NCBI GenBank assembly: GCA_023407575.1
Contig: JAEYLX010000075.1
Location: 319,689-383,688 of the forward strand
DNA length: 64,000 nt
Source: Bacillota bacterium
GTDB lineage: Bacteria > Bacillota > Clostridia > Lachnospirales > Lachnospiraceae
Direction: 5' to 3'
The first letter of the stretch is position 1. Each line of letters starts with the position of its first letter. Positions 29,274 to 39,301 of the stretch are shown piece after piece. The translations under genes were made by a program, and so were the position numbers. The notes under the pieces are model-generated. The model saw nothing but the letters and a program-made list of their open reading frames with translations, had not been told where the DNA came from and did not search any database.

Positions 29274-30952
29274 TAGCCTATAACCCCTCCCATCCTTTCA
29301 TAATATTCTGGAGATTGACGTTTCAGAAACTCCATTACCACATAAGGTGATGGATTCATATGACTAATTGACTTTCCTGTATTTCTTTTGAATCTTGAAA
29401 ACATACCACATTTTACAATAGTGATTTCCAGAGGGTCCATTCCCAGGATGTGTTTTAAATCTTTATAATCTTGATCTACATATTTAAAGTAGATAGATAA
29501 TTGCTCTCTTAATATCTCTTTACTGATTGCAGATGAGGTAATGGAAGCCTCTTTCATCTCAACATATAAATGGAGTATTGGTCGATTTTTTTTGAATTCT
29601 TTTACAGCAAACCAATCTTCAATTGGTAGTCCCGACAAATCTATCACGTCTTGAATACAGTTTTCAGTAATTCTTGTAAATCCAGCAATATCAATTATGG
29701 AAGGTATTCGGTCTATGTATTTAAAACGTGGTATCTTTGTCTCATCCTCTGTGTTCGTTAGTCCTATACATTGGTACATGTCACCTACCCGATATCTTAC
29801 AAATGCTCCACCCTTTAGTAACGTAATTACCAACTCATATTTTTCACCCGGAATGACTTCATTCATCAGATAAGATTTTGGTTGATAATCCTGTAGCTCC
29901 ATTCCTTTCTGCATTTCATCTTCCGGAATAAATTCATAAAAACAGGTATCCGGAAAGAAATACATACCATTACGAGTCCAGGTCTCAGTTCCCATAATAG
30001 AAGGTTCAGTTCCAGCAAATAATTCCATAGGACGTACCCCCCACAATTCCTCAAGTTCATCCTTATAACAATGATTATCCGTCCCTGCAACCATAAACCC
30101 TTTTAATTTGAATAAATCCTTTGGCTTTAGCTCTCTCTTTTCTTTCTTGCATCGGTACTTTGCCATTAGATAACGAATTATCATTGATATAGAGATCTGA
30201 AACGAAATGCCACCTCCTGCTTTTGTACCAGGTTCTTTTTTACCAGACTCTTTAGAATTTGATGTTTTAGACGAGCCCTTACCCATGGATGCCAAGCTAA
30301 TGCTTACATAATATGCAACACTTCCAAGTCCGAAAAAGAAATCAATTCCTTTTCGAAGCCCTAGTTTAAAGCCTAATTTGTTACGTTCACGAAAAGACAT
30401 CTTAACCGCTTCTTTAACGGTTGGTAAAAATTCAATTCCAATCTCTTCACTTAAAGCAAGGGGGAATAGTCCTGTTGCATAGGGTAACGGAGCCAATCCA
30501 TATAAAAACTTATCCGTGGCACGTACATTGAATTTACCTTTTTTTGAGCTGGTGGAAAGTATTAAGCAAGCAATAATATTATTTTTGTAGGTTTCTAGCA
30601 TACTTTTGGTATAAGGCGCAACCTTGATTGGGTGTTTACCACCCTCCCAAGTGGTCTGAATCCAGATAATTGGCTCATCTGGAAGCATATTCCCCTTCTT
30701 TTGCAAAAGTATGTCCGCATAATCTCCATAGCTGGTCAGTGGCATCATTCTGCGAAACTCTTCTATTGTGGTAGGTTTTTTATTTCTTAACATAATTCTT
30801 CCAAGCTCTGAATGACTCCATAACTGTATTTGCTCCAGCATAAGTCTATTCTGGATACTCATGTAGGTATCTAGATCCAAATCTAAAAAGCCACAGTATT
30901 CCTTCCAAATTTTATCCTGTTGGTTGTGCTTTAATTTATCCTCAAATCTCAT
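29273..30952 (-). CDS. GH3-family acyl-adenylate-forming enzyme
   Basis: EFRRMMPLTSYGDY, FAGTE, FYEFIP, GEKYELVIT, RYRVGD. Confidence 0.85.
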   Translation of the reverse strand: MRFEDKLKHNQQDKIWKEYCGFLDLDLDTYMSIQNRLMLEQIQLWSHSELGRIMLRNKKPTTIEEFRRMMPLTSYGDYADILLQKKGNMLPDEPIIWIQTTWEGGKHPIKVAPYTKSMLETYKNNIIACLILSTSSKKGKFNVRATDKFLYGLAPLPYATGLFPLALSEEIGIEFLPTVKEAVKMSFRERNKLGFKLGLRKGIDFFFGLGSVAYYVSISLASMGKGSSKTSNSKESGKKEPGTKAGGGISFQISISMIIRYLMAKYRCKKEKRELKPKDLFKLKGFMVAGTDNHCYKDELEELWGVRPMELFAGTEPSIMGTETWTRNGMYFFPDTCFYEFIPEDEMQKGMELQDYQPKSYLMNEVIPGEKYELVITLLKGGAFVRYRVGDMYQCIGLTNTEDETKIPRFKYIDRIPSIIDIAGFTRITENCIQDVIDLSGLPIEDWFAVKEFKKNRPILHLYVEMKEASITSSAISKEILREQLSIYFKYVDQDYKDLKHILGMDPLEITIVKCGMFSRFKRNTGKSISHMNPSPYVVMEFLKRQSPEYYERMGGVIG

Positions 30953-31538
30953 GTTCTTCAATCCTTCCAGGCTGCCCTATTGTTTCAAAACAACGCTTTA
31001 TACTTTCTTTGTTTGGTATTAAAAATGGAGTACTATTTTTATATTGTTCATACTCTTCAAAGGTTTTTACAAAAGTCCATTGATCCTGCAGTACAATGTA
31101 TAGTACATTTAAAAAGCTAAAAATAAAGGCTGTTAAAATTAACATAGGTAGCATTAAGGCTAGTCCTATGAATATATAAAAACCAATAAACCACAGAACA
31201 CCCGGATGTCTACAGAGTGCATAAATCCCCTCTTGTTGCAACGTCTGACCTCTTTGTTTGCTCTCAATATATGTATTTTGAAAAGGTAAAGCAAAAAATA
31301 ATGTGTAAATAAGTAGTACAAAAAACAGAAAAGAAATAGCTCCAAAAACACCCATACGAAATGGTTCCAGTAATACCTTATGTAAATTTGTTAGGACAAT
31401 CCCTATGGTTGCTGTAATGATTAGAACGGAACCAACAAAAAAACAGGAGTAGAGCAACTTTACTTTAAAAATAATGCTATTTATATCATATGCAACAAGT
31501 AAAAGAAAACCGATAATCCCAATAAACAGATACAACAT
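30942..31538 (-). CDS. Membrane methyltransferase, ICMT/PEMT family
   Basis: GIYALCRHPG and F-EY-QYK-STPFLIP motifs; several TM helices. Confidence 0.8.
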   Translation of the reverse strand: MLYLFIGIIGFLLLVAYDINSIIFKVKLLYSCFFVGSVLIITATIGIVLTNLHKVLLEPFRMGVFGAISFLFFVLLIYTLFFALPFQNTYIESKQRGQTLQQEGIYALCRHPGVLWFIGFYIFIGLALMLPMLILTAFIFSFLNVLYIVLQDQWTFVKTFEEYEQYKNSTPFLIPNKESIKRCFETIGQPGRIEEHEI

Positions 31539-31724
31539 TTCCATATTCCCCCAATGCTTCATTTGAGATAGATAATATCATATTTTTAGACTATTTAAAA
31601 GAAATATTTTCCAAATTATATAAATATTTATAATTTAATACAGCAATTTAAAAAATTGCGAGATTTACTTCCACTATATTCATTTATTCAACACATAAAC
31701 CATCAAATTTATGTGTTTTGCAGT

Positions 31725-31766
31725 AAAAAAATGCTGCCCTGGCATAATTCCATAAGGCAGCATTTT
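31725..31766 (-). terminator. Terminator after pdaA
   Basis: AAAATGCTGCC/GGCAGCATTTT inverted repeat. Confidence 0.7.
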
Positions 31767-31811
31767 ATCATATTTCATGACAAGTGAAACGAATTGTCGT
31801 TCCATCTTTTT

Positions 31812-32636
31812 TTATTGGACTTCCGTAGCACCGACTATATCATCCAAGGTCTTAAATGTATAGCCCATCTGTTCCCATCTGGTGAGTAATTCATCCAGGA
31901 TTTCTGAATTAGTTTTTGAAGTACTATGCAATAATACAATAGCACCCGGGTGTATTCTTCCTGTTAATTTCTTAAAAGCTTCCTCTTTGGAGGGTTGCTT
32001 ATCATTATACCAATCTACATATGCTAGACTCCAAAAGAAGGTCTTATACCCCATTTCTTTGGCCATCTTTAAATTACTTTGGCTATATTTTCCCTGTGGT
32101 GGTCGATAATACTTCACCATTTCTTTCCCGGTTATACTTTTATAAGTAGCTTCAAGGTCTTGAAGTTCTTTACAAAAGGCATCCGTTGAAGATATCTTCG
32201 ACATATCAGGATGTTTATTGGTATGATTTGCAACTTGATGTCCTTCTTCTACCATACGAAGCACTAATTCTGGATTTCTTTCTAGAAAATTACCTACCAA
32301 AAAGAAGGTTGCAGATACCTTATGCTTTTTTAGTGCGTCAAGAATTGCTGGTGTATAGCCGTTTTCATAACCAGCATCAAAGGTTAAGTATATTACCTTT
32401 TGCTTTGTATCTCCCAAGTAATAGGCATCATACTTCAATAGTTCTGCTGACGTAGCATTTGCCGTTGGTGATTGCCCTTCACTTCCATACCCCAGTCCCC
32501 AATTTTCACCGCCAGCTTCTTTCAGCTTTCCGTCATCATAGGCATTTACTAACAATGCCAAGCCACCACCACTAAAATAAAGCAGTATGAATATGAGTAA
32601 CCATCCCAGTAGGCTTTTATAATTCGATTTTAACAT
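31812..32636 (-). CDS. pdaA: Spore-cortex muramic delta-lactam deacetylase
   Basis: YLTFDAGYENG, NHTNKHP, RPPQG, FWSLAYVDW, LLH. Confidence 0.88.
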   Translation of the reverse strand: MLKSNYKSLLGWLLIFILLYFSGGGLALLVNAYDDGKLKEAGGENWGLGYGSEGQSPTANATSAELLKYDAYYLGDTKQKVIYLTFDAGYENGYTPAILDALKKHKVSATFFLVGNFLERNPELVLRMVEEGHQVANHTNKHPDMSKISSTDAFCKELQDLEATYKSITGKEMVKYYRPPQGKYSQSNLKMAKEMGYKTFFWSLAYVDWYNDKQPSKEEAFKKLTGRIHPGAIVLLHSTSKTNSEILDELLTRWEQMGYTFKTLDDIVGATEVQ

Positions 32637-32706
32637 CTTAGACTCCAAAAACATTTCTTAATAATGTATATTTGCATAACCGCCTAAGCATGACTATAAT
32701 CTTATC

Positions 32707-35457
32707 TTACCTGTGATACCTGCAAAGAAGTGTCTGTGAAACAATGTCAGAGAATAGCTCTAACCCATTGGTTTTAGCAATATGAATAACCTCTTCATAA
32801 GCTATTGCCTCCGGACAGATTTCAGACAAGTAATTCTTAGTCTCCACTATCCTCTCTGGAAAGTACTTTACATCTTTTTGTCCATTAAAAATAGCTGCAT
32901 AAAAGATGCCTGATTCCACTAAATCCTGAAAGAAATGACTTCCATAGGATAGTTCCGGTTGAAAGCCTTCCTCACTGGAAGCAACTTCACATATGACGGA
33001 CATATGACATAGCTCAGTAAAATGTACCGGCACTCCTAAGGAAGTCGTGGTGGTTCCCCATCTGCCTGGTCCGATCAGCATTGTTTGGTAATCTTTCAGA
33101 AGAAGATTAATCCGTCCAATGAATCTAGCAATTTGATATTTATCCTGATCACTTAGTTGCAGATATTTTGATGTTGATACCAAAACAACATAATCCAAGG
33201 AAAGGTAGAGATTCCCACCCATAAAATTACCCTTTGTTTTAAATAAACAATCCTCATTTCGAACTTTTTTAGGAAGCTCAACCGTTTTTCCTAATCCTCT
33301 GGTTTGAAGTGGACGACATTGCAAAAGGTTAATTCTAAAATCCGAACCCTGTGTTAAATTAGCAGTGAACTCGATGTCAACAGGATATTCATATGCTGTT
33401 GACAGCTTCGAAAGAATATGCCTCATAATGTTAGGAAACTCTGTCTCCTTCAATAGCTTTTTGAAATCCATAAGATACCTTGTTTGTTGATTTACAAGAC
33501 CACGATCCCTCAATCGATCCATGGTTTGATAATCTATACTTGCAAGCATCGCTCTCTTCTCTGATGGCTCCACGCTCAAAATATCCTGCAAAGGTTTGCT
33601 GGTAAACTCCCTTTCACTAATTGAAAGAATATCAATAAAATGCTGTGAATATTTGTTCTGATCTTCATAATTAATTAATGGCAATCTTAAAGGATCATCA
33701 AGGCTAACGATTCGTACATAATCCCCCTCTGTACGATCTACTGCCCTGGTTCCAAGGCCGTATACCAATCTTAACATGCCTGCTTCCATATCCATATTTT
33801 GATCCCATACATAGAGATTGGATGAGTTTCCAACACCTGCTATATCCGGATAAAAACAATTGCCGTGATAGTCGCCTGACACTCGCTGCACAAGAATAGC
33901 CATCTGCTCATCCTTATCAGATAGTCCTCTGTTTTTTCTATAATTTAACGCATCTTCATTCATTGTACTTGAGTAAACAATTCTTACCGCATTGGTAAAG
34001 GCTTCATATCTTTCTGAAAGAGTACCTTGATTTACACAAAATACACTTTCATATTTACCTGCAAAAGCATTACCAAAATTATCTTCCTGTATTGAACTAG
34101 ATCGAACAATAATTGGAGACTGCCCAAAATACTCCAGCATTTGCAGAAATTGTTCCTTTATCTTGTCAGGAAACTTTCCTTTTAAGAGCTTCTCCTTTAA
34201 TTCAGGGGCATACCGTTCATATCCCTCTACAGACTTTTGCTTCGTTCGTAGCCTCCATAACCCATTTTTAACAATATAGGTATAAAAGATATCTGCACCC
34301 AAATAATAGGAATCATGTGGTTCCAACAGTTCTGTAATATTAATTTCGTTTTCTGACCCATTGGTATTTTCTTTTATAGATTTATTTGTAGCTTCATTTG
34401 TAGTTTTATTTATAGATATATTTGTTGCTTCATTTGTAATTTCATTTGTAACTTTATTTATATCTTCATTTGTAGCTTCATTTGTAACTTTATTTGTAAC
34501 TTTATTTGTAACTTTATTTACAGTTTCCTTTATCGGTACCTTTTTACTTTCTAGTATTTTTCGAGCGAGTAACATACCTACGCTCTTGCCTCCTATATAT
34601 CCCGTCCCTATTTCCCTGGAAGCTATATCCAGCAAGTCTTGTAACGAAAAATATAGCTCGCATAAATGAAGTAACCTTGATTCTTTTCCAACTAATAACT
34701 TCAAAAGTTGTTTTATAACTTTTCTCTGCTGTTCTGGCTTCTTATGCAAGGCTTCTTTTGCTTTATGAAAAATAACATTCCAATAATCTAGCCGCTCCTC
34801 CCCACGCTGAATCTGTGAAAATAGTTCTGCTGTTTGGGTACTGGAAGTAATACATTCTGCCTCCTGATCTTGAATTAAATGGGGGAAGAACATCGTAGGG
34901 GAATATCGCTGCCATACCTTAAGCGGATGAACATAGAGACTATCCTTAATTTGATATAAATCTACCAATAATTGTGTGGTTTCTCTAATACCAGCGATGG
35001 TACTGAAGGTATGAATATTACGGATAATTGCAAAATAAGCTATGGTTTCAAGCTCAAATAAATAGGGACAGGTTACTTCAAAGAAATTACCAATCATTAA
35101 ATCAGAGGACCAATAAGCTAATAGATCTGTAAGGCAGTCAAAAACATAGAAAGCATACTTTCCTTCTTTTTTAACCAAATGATGAACTTCTGTTGCGAAA
35201 TGCTCAAAACCTTTTTCCGCATCCAGTTCATAGATTGTAATACCCTCCTGCTCCTCCAGGAGTGATTCATTGTTGTCAAAACGCACGTATATTAATCGAC
35301 GTTGTTCAGCTATTGCCTGCTGAACAAATGGGTTAATAAGTTTCTTATAGCTCTCTATAGAATCTACCTGCCATACAACATTATCTCCCAATCTTAAGGA
35401 ATCGATCGCTATATCAAATCCCTTGAGTCCAGAACTAACTTTCCCGTAAGCTTCCAT
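32707..35457 (-). CDS. PEP/pyruvate-binding (PPDK N-terminal ATP-grasp) domain protein with KaiC/RAD55-like N-terminal region
   Basis: IGGKSVG, IVRSSS.QED...FAGKYES, MAILVQ, GLG, DIEF, LQCRP; no recognisable phospho-His domain. Confidence 0.8.
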   Translation of the reverse strand: MEAYGKVSSGLKGFDIAIDSLRLGDNVVWQVDSIESYKKLINPFVQQAIAEQRRLIYVRFDNNESLLEEQEGITIYELDAEKGFEHFATEVHHLVKKEGKYAFYVFDCLTDLLAYWSSDLMIGNFFEVTCPYLFELETIAYFAIIRNIHTFSTIAGIRETTQLLVDLYQIKDSLYVHPLKVWQRYSPTMFFPHLIQDQEAECITSSTQTAELFSQIQRGEERLDYWNVIFHKAKEALHKKPEQQRKVIKQLLKLLVGKESRLLHLCELYFSLQDLLDIASREIGTGYIGGKSVGMLLARKILESKKVPIKETVNKVTNKVTNKVTNEATNEDINKVTNEITNEATNISINKTTNEATNKSIKENTNGSENEINITELLEPHDSYYLGADIFYTYIVKNGLWRLRTKQKSVEGYERYAPELKEKLLKGKFPDKIKEQFLQMLEYFGQSPIIVRSSSIQEDNFGNAFAGKYESVFCVNQGTLSERYEAFTNAVRIVYSSTMNEDALNYRKNRGLSDKDEQMAILVQRVSGDYHGNCFYPDIAGVGNSSNLYVWDQNMDMEAGMLRLVYGLGTRAVDRTEGDYVRIVSLDDPLRLPLINYEDQNKYSQHFIDILSISEREFTSKPLQDILSVEPSEKRAMLASIDYQTMDRLRDRGLVNQQTRYLMDFKKLLKETEFPNIMRHILSKLSTAYEYPVDIEFTANLTQGSDFRINLLQCRPLQTRGLGKTVELPKKVRNEDCLFKTKGNFMGGNLYLSLDYVVLVSTSKYLQLSDQDKYQIARFIGRINLLLKDYQTMLIGPGRWGTTTTSLGVPVHFTELCHMSVICEVASSEEGFQPELSYGSHFFQDLVESGIFYAAIFNGQKDVKYFPERIVETKNYLSEICPEAIAYEEVIHIAKTNGLELFSDIVSQTLLCRYHR
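34360..34533. repeat. In-frame degenerate 12-bp tandem repeat (~14 units, TNKV/TNEA)
   Basis: Unit like TTTGTAACTTTA / TTTGTAGCTTCA. Confidence 0.9.
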
Positions 35458-35514
35458 ACATCCACCTCCTAAATTAACAAGTATCATTGCTGTTAATGTT
35501 AAGTTCAAATTAAA

Positions 35515-36543
35515 TCACTCATTTATATCGATAACTACATCTCTTACAACCTGTCCATTATTTGTGAAGGATGATTTTAGTATAATTTTACATGCATATT
35601 TTATTCCATTTGGAAACTCACAGTATACTTTTTTCCGATCTTCTGAATATGTAATAATAGCTGTATCAAATCCTGAAGTATAGACACTATTAAACTTTGT
35701 TATGGGATCATCATATTGAATTTCGACAATATTGTTATTATTCATAACACTATTAACTGTATCATGTTCTGATATATAGTTCGGTTTAACAAACAATCCA
35801 TTTAATATTCCACAAAAATACAATGCTAAAATAATACTAACGAATAATGGCAAGCCAATGGTTGAATACAACAATCCTTTTGCTTTTTTAAGACTAACTG
35901 TTTGATTAGGGTTATTCATAATATATTTTATTTCATTCTTAACTGAATTCCTATAGATATAAACAAATACTGTCCCAACAAGAGTTGCAAGGAAATGATA
36001 TATATTAGTTCCATCCCAAGACTGTATAGATGTAATAAAACCCCATATAAACACAAACTCCATAACCATTATCCAAAAGATTTTATCCTGTATTAAATTA
36101 AACTTCTTCTTAATTCCAAGTACGTACAGAATATAAAATACGATTGGTGCATAGGCATATACAATTCCGGAAGCTCCAGAACCCGAAATTACCTGCCCGC
36201 TAAATCTTATGTGAAAAAATGCAACATAAATAATTCCTGCTGTTATACTAATAATAAGCAGCTTCCATGAACCTAACAATCTCTCGATAAATACGCCAAA
36301 TATAATAAGGATTGACATATTCCCTAAATAATGAGCCCATAAAAACCATCCAGGAAAAATAGAATGCTCAAAAACCCCAGAAAATAACTGCCAAAAATAA
36401 AACGGTTTACTTTGAAGCGCAAATACATAATACAATTCATTCTGAAAATATGTCGGTATAGTCACTATGGAACATGTTAATAAGAATACGGATGAAAGCA
36501 ATGGAAATCCATATTTTTTACTTCTATATATTTTTATTAACAT
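35515..36543 (-). CDS. Rhomboid-family intramembrane protease with C-terminal soluble domain
   Basis: HYLGNM, GASG catalytic Ser, YHFLATLVG catalytic His. Confidence 0.8.
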   Translation of the reverse strand: MLIKIYRSKKYGFPLLSSVFLLTCSIVTIPTYFQNELYYVFALQSKPFYFWQLFSGVFEHSIFPGWFLWAHYLGNMSILIIFGVFIERLLGSWKLLIISITAGIIYVAFFHIRFSGQVISGSGASGIVYAYAPIVFYILYVLGIKKKFNLIQDKIFWIMVMEFVFIWGFITSIQSWDGTNIYHFLATLVGTVFVYIYRNSVKNEIKYIMNNPNQTVSLKKAKGLLYSTIGLPLFVSIILALYFCGILNGLFVKPNYISEHDTVNSVMNNNNIVEIQYDDPITKFNSVYTSGFDTAIITYSEDRKKVYCEFPNGIKYACKIILKSSFTNNGQVVRDVVIDINE

Positions 36544-36817
36544 ATATTAAAATCCCTTCCTTATTGTTTTTAATTATATTAAATAAACATAGTCAACTTA
36601 TTTTACAATGGTTATAACAATGGAACAACAATTAATCTTGATTAATGAAAATATTTTACAATACACTTTTATTCATAGTAAGATATAAATATCATTTTAA
36701 GTTTGGTATTAATGATAACTGCGACTATGAAAAATGGATATATAAAATCAGATGGCGCAGCAAGTCAGGACCAGATGATTATATATATCCATTTTTCTTT
36801 TATATCTATATCACTTC

Positions 36818-37378
36818 TTATTCATAGCCATTAATTACGACTTCCACTTTGCCAGTAACTGGTTCCATTATTAATCCATGTATAAATACATCCTTGGGTA
36901 TTAAAGGATGATTTTTTATTACATTAACGCTTTCTTTAATTGATTCCTCCACTGAATCAAATCCCTTCAGCCATCTTTTTATATCTATTCCAGAATGGTT
37001 TAGGGTCGCAAGAACCTCTTCAGAAACTCCTCGATCAATTGCTTTTTGAATTACACTATCTGCATCCAAATGGCTCATTCCACACCCATGATGCCCGATC
37101 ACCAAAATATCCTTGGTTTGAAATTCATATACCGCAACAATAATACTTCGCAGGATACTTCCAAAGGGATGCATAATCGTGGCACCAGCATTTTTAACCA
37201 GCTTAACATCACCATTTTTGATATTAAGCGCCTTGGGGAGGAGCTCTGTAAGCCTTGTATCCATGCAAGATAGAATTACCATTTTCTTATTTGGTGAACT
37301 TGAGGTTTGATATTCTACATATCCTTTGTTCTCAACAAACGCACTATTATACTCCAGCATTTCATCTAATATGTTCAT
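36818..37378 (-). CDS. Beta-class carbonic anhydrase
   Basis: CMDTR, KNAG, HHGCG. Confidence 0.92.
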   Translation of the reverse strand: MNILDEMLEYNSAFVENKGYVEYQTSSSPNKKMVILSCMDTRLTELLPKALNIKNGDVKLVKNAGATIMHPFGSILRSIIVAVYEFQTKDILVIGHHGCGMSHLDADSVIQKAIDRGVSEEVLATLNHSGIDIKRWLKGFDSVEESIKESVNVIKNHPLIPKDVFIHGLIMEPVTGKVEVVINGYE

Positions 37379-37461
37379 TCTAACCTCCTGATTGCTTTTT
37401 GTATTATATCAATATAACCACTGAAAATATCGTCTGTTGCGGTTGTATTGACACTATCGAT

Positions 37462-37842
37462 CTACTCTGTTACACGCCCTGTTAAAAAGTCCTGCATCGC
37501 AGTGACCGAGGTATTACTAATAACGTGTTCTATCAGGCAGGCATCCTCATCAGCAATCTCCGCATCTACATGTAACACTGTGGTTAAAAATTGATAAATT
37601 AAATGATGCTTACGTGCAGTAAACTCTGCTATTTCACGTCCTGTTGGTGTTAAATATACCAGCTTGTACCTTTCATTCGTAATCAATCCTTTTTCAGAAA
37701 GTGTTGACATTGCACTATTTGTACTAGCCTTTGACACTCCAAGTCTCTCTGCTATATCGGATACTCTTGCACCCTCTCCCTGCTTACCAAGTTCATAAAT
37801 AGCTTCAAGATAATTTTCCATCGTATAGGTAAGATTGTTCAT
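37462..37842 (-). CDS. DtxR/MntR-family metal-dependent regulator
   Basis: ENYLEAIY, SDIAERLGVSK, DACLIEH. Confidence 0.9.
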   Translation of the reverse strand: MNNLTYTMENYLEAIYELGKQGEGARVSDIAERLGVSKASTNSAMSTLSEKGLITNERYKLVYLTPTGREIAEFTARKHHLIYQFLTTVLHVDAEIADEDACLIEHVISNTSVTAMQDFLTGRVTE

Positions 37843-37958
37843 TCTTTCTGACTCCGCCTTTCGAATTTATTCAGTTCGGCTTGTATAATATTTACCAGTA
37901 AACTGAACCCATTATAATACAAAAAAATACAAAAATAAAGTAGTAACTACCTTCTATT

Positions 37959-38888
37959 CTAAGACTCCATAAATAGGCTGTCTATCACTTTATCATAATC
38001 ATATAATCGTTCTGTTTTCCTAATCTTCTTCCCATAGCTTGCTGTATCAGTAAACATAGGCAACAGATAGAACCATATTTCCTTCATTTTAAACAGGACA
38101 TTTCTGTCGCCATGCATTACTTTAATATAATCCTGGTATACCATGTTGTGAAACTTAATCAACAGATCTTTTCCTACTTTTTTCTCTTCCTGAATTTCCG
38201 AAAGAAGTCCTGGATTAGCAATAAAGCCCCTGCCAATCATCACAGTGTCAACGGCAGGAAATGCCTGTGTGAACTCCTTATAGCTTTCAACCGATACAAT
38301 GTCTCCGTTATACACGACTTTATTTTTACTTAATGAAACCGCCTCTGTAAATATCTTCAGGTTGGGTTTATTATTATAAAAATCTTTCTGAATTCTAGGA
38401 TGTATGATTAACTCACTGATAGGATATTTATTAAAGATTTCAATTAGTTCATAGAACTCTTCTGGAGCATCCTTACCTATTCTCGTTTTGACAGATATCT
38501 TGACTGCAGCATCAGCAAATATTTCTGCTAAAAATTGATCCAACTGCTCCTGTTTTGCGAGAAACCCCGAACCTTTATTTTTTGCTACTACCGTTCCAGA
38601 AGGACAACCCAAATTCAGATTAACTTCTTCATATCCCAGACTCTTTAACTTATTCGTGGTATAAATAAAATCCTGTGCCTGATTGGTTAAAAGCTGTGGC
38701 ACTAAACATAAACCTTTATTATTTTCAGGAAGTACATCATTGATTTCCTTAGATTTAAATTTATCGCTCTGATTAGCGATGATAAACGGGGAAAAATATT
38801 TGCTTATTTGTTTGCCGAAACATTCGTGATAAGCATTTCGATAGATATATCCAGTGATGCCCTCCAAAGGTGCAAAATAAAACTTCAT
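37959..38888 (-). CDS. tRNA-dihydrouridine synthase family
   Basis: APLEGIT, NLNLGCP, SVKTRIG, IHPR, NGDI, MIGRG. Confidence 0.9.
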   Translation of the reverse strand: MKFYFAPLEGITGYIYRNAYHECFGKQISKYFSPFIIANQSDKFKSKEINDVLPENNKGLCLVPQLLTNQAQDFIYTTNKLKSLGYEEVNLNLGCPSGTVVAKNKGSGFLAKQEQLDQFLAEIFADAAVKISVKTRIGKDAPEEFYELIEIFNKYPISELIIHPRIQKDFYNNKPNLKIFTEAVSLSKNKVVYNGDIVSVESYKEFTQAFPAVDTVMIGRGFIANPGLLSEIQEEKKVGKDLLIKFHNMVYQDYIKVMHGDRNVLFKMKEIWFYLLPMFTDTASYGKKIRKTERLYDYDKVIDSLFMES

Positions 38889-38906
38889 TGGTATTAACTC
38901 CTCATT

Positions 38907-39251
38907 CTAAATGAACTTTTTGTCCGTAATATCTTCAGTAACCATTTCCCTAAGAACCTTTAAGTCTTCGGTATAATCCGTCTTTGATTCATCTGCATCA
39001 TAATCTAATTCTGCTAAGATTGATTGTTCGTAGCTGGAATTACCATTGATTTTCCATTCACTTTGTAAATCTCTGTCCTTAAACATACCGGAGTCAAGTT
39101 TAAATATATTCCCATTCATAGTCCCTTTTAAATTCTGTGTAATGCCAACATAGGATTTTCCTGTTAAAATATTTTTTATCTGATAAACTCCCATACTTGT
39201 CTTACTGCTCTTATAGGATTCCTTTAATTCTTTCTTACGATCACTCTGCAT
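38907..39251 (-). CDS. Small GIY-YIG-domain protein
   Basis: MGVYQIKN...SYVG; GGAGG RBS. Confidence 0.75.
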   Translation of the reverse strand: MQSDRKKELKESYKSSKTSMGVYQIKNILTGKSYVGITQNLKGTMNGNIFKLDSGMFKDRDLQSEWKINGNSSYEQSILAELDYDADESKTDYTEDLKVLREMVTEDITDKKFI

Positions 39252-39301
39252 AGTTACCTCCTGCAATGTTTGAGCTTGGTTCTGAATCGTTTCTCCTGCT
39301 A

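Noticed and set aside
30942..31538. ICMT-like gene as partner of the putative DUF5685 prenylation module
   Set aside because: 29 kb away and coupled to the GH3 operon; no linking evidence
34361..34669. Plus-strand 102-aa hydrophobic ORF
   Set aside because: Antisense reading of the 12-bp repeat
32707..35457. Call as PEP synthase (ppsA)
   Set aside because: No recognisable phospho-His carrier domain
38907..39251. Homing endonuclease or mobile intron
   Set aside because: Short stand-alone domain; flanking genes uninterrupted
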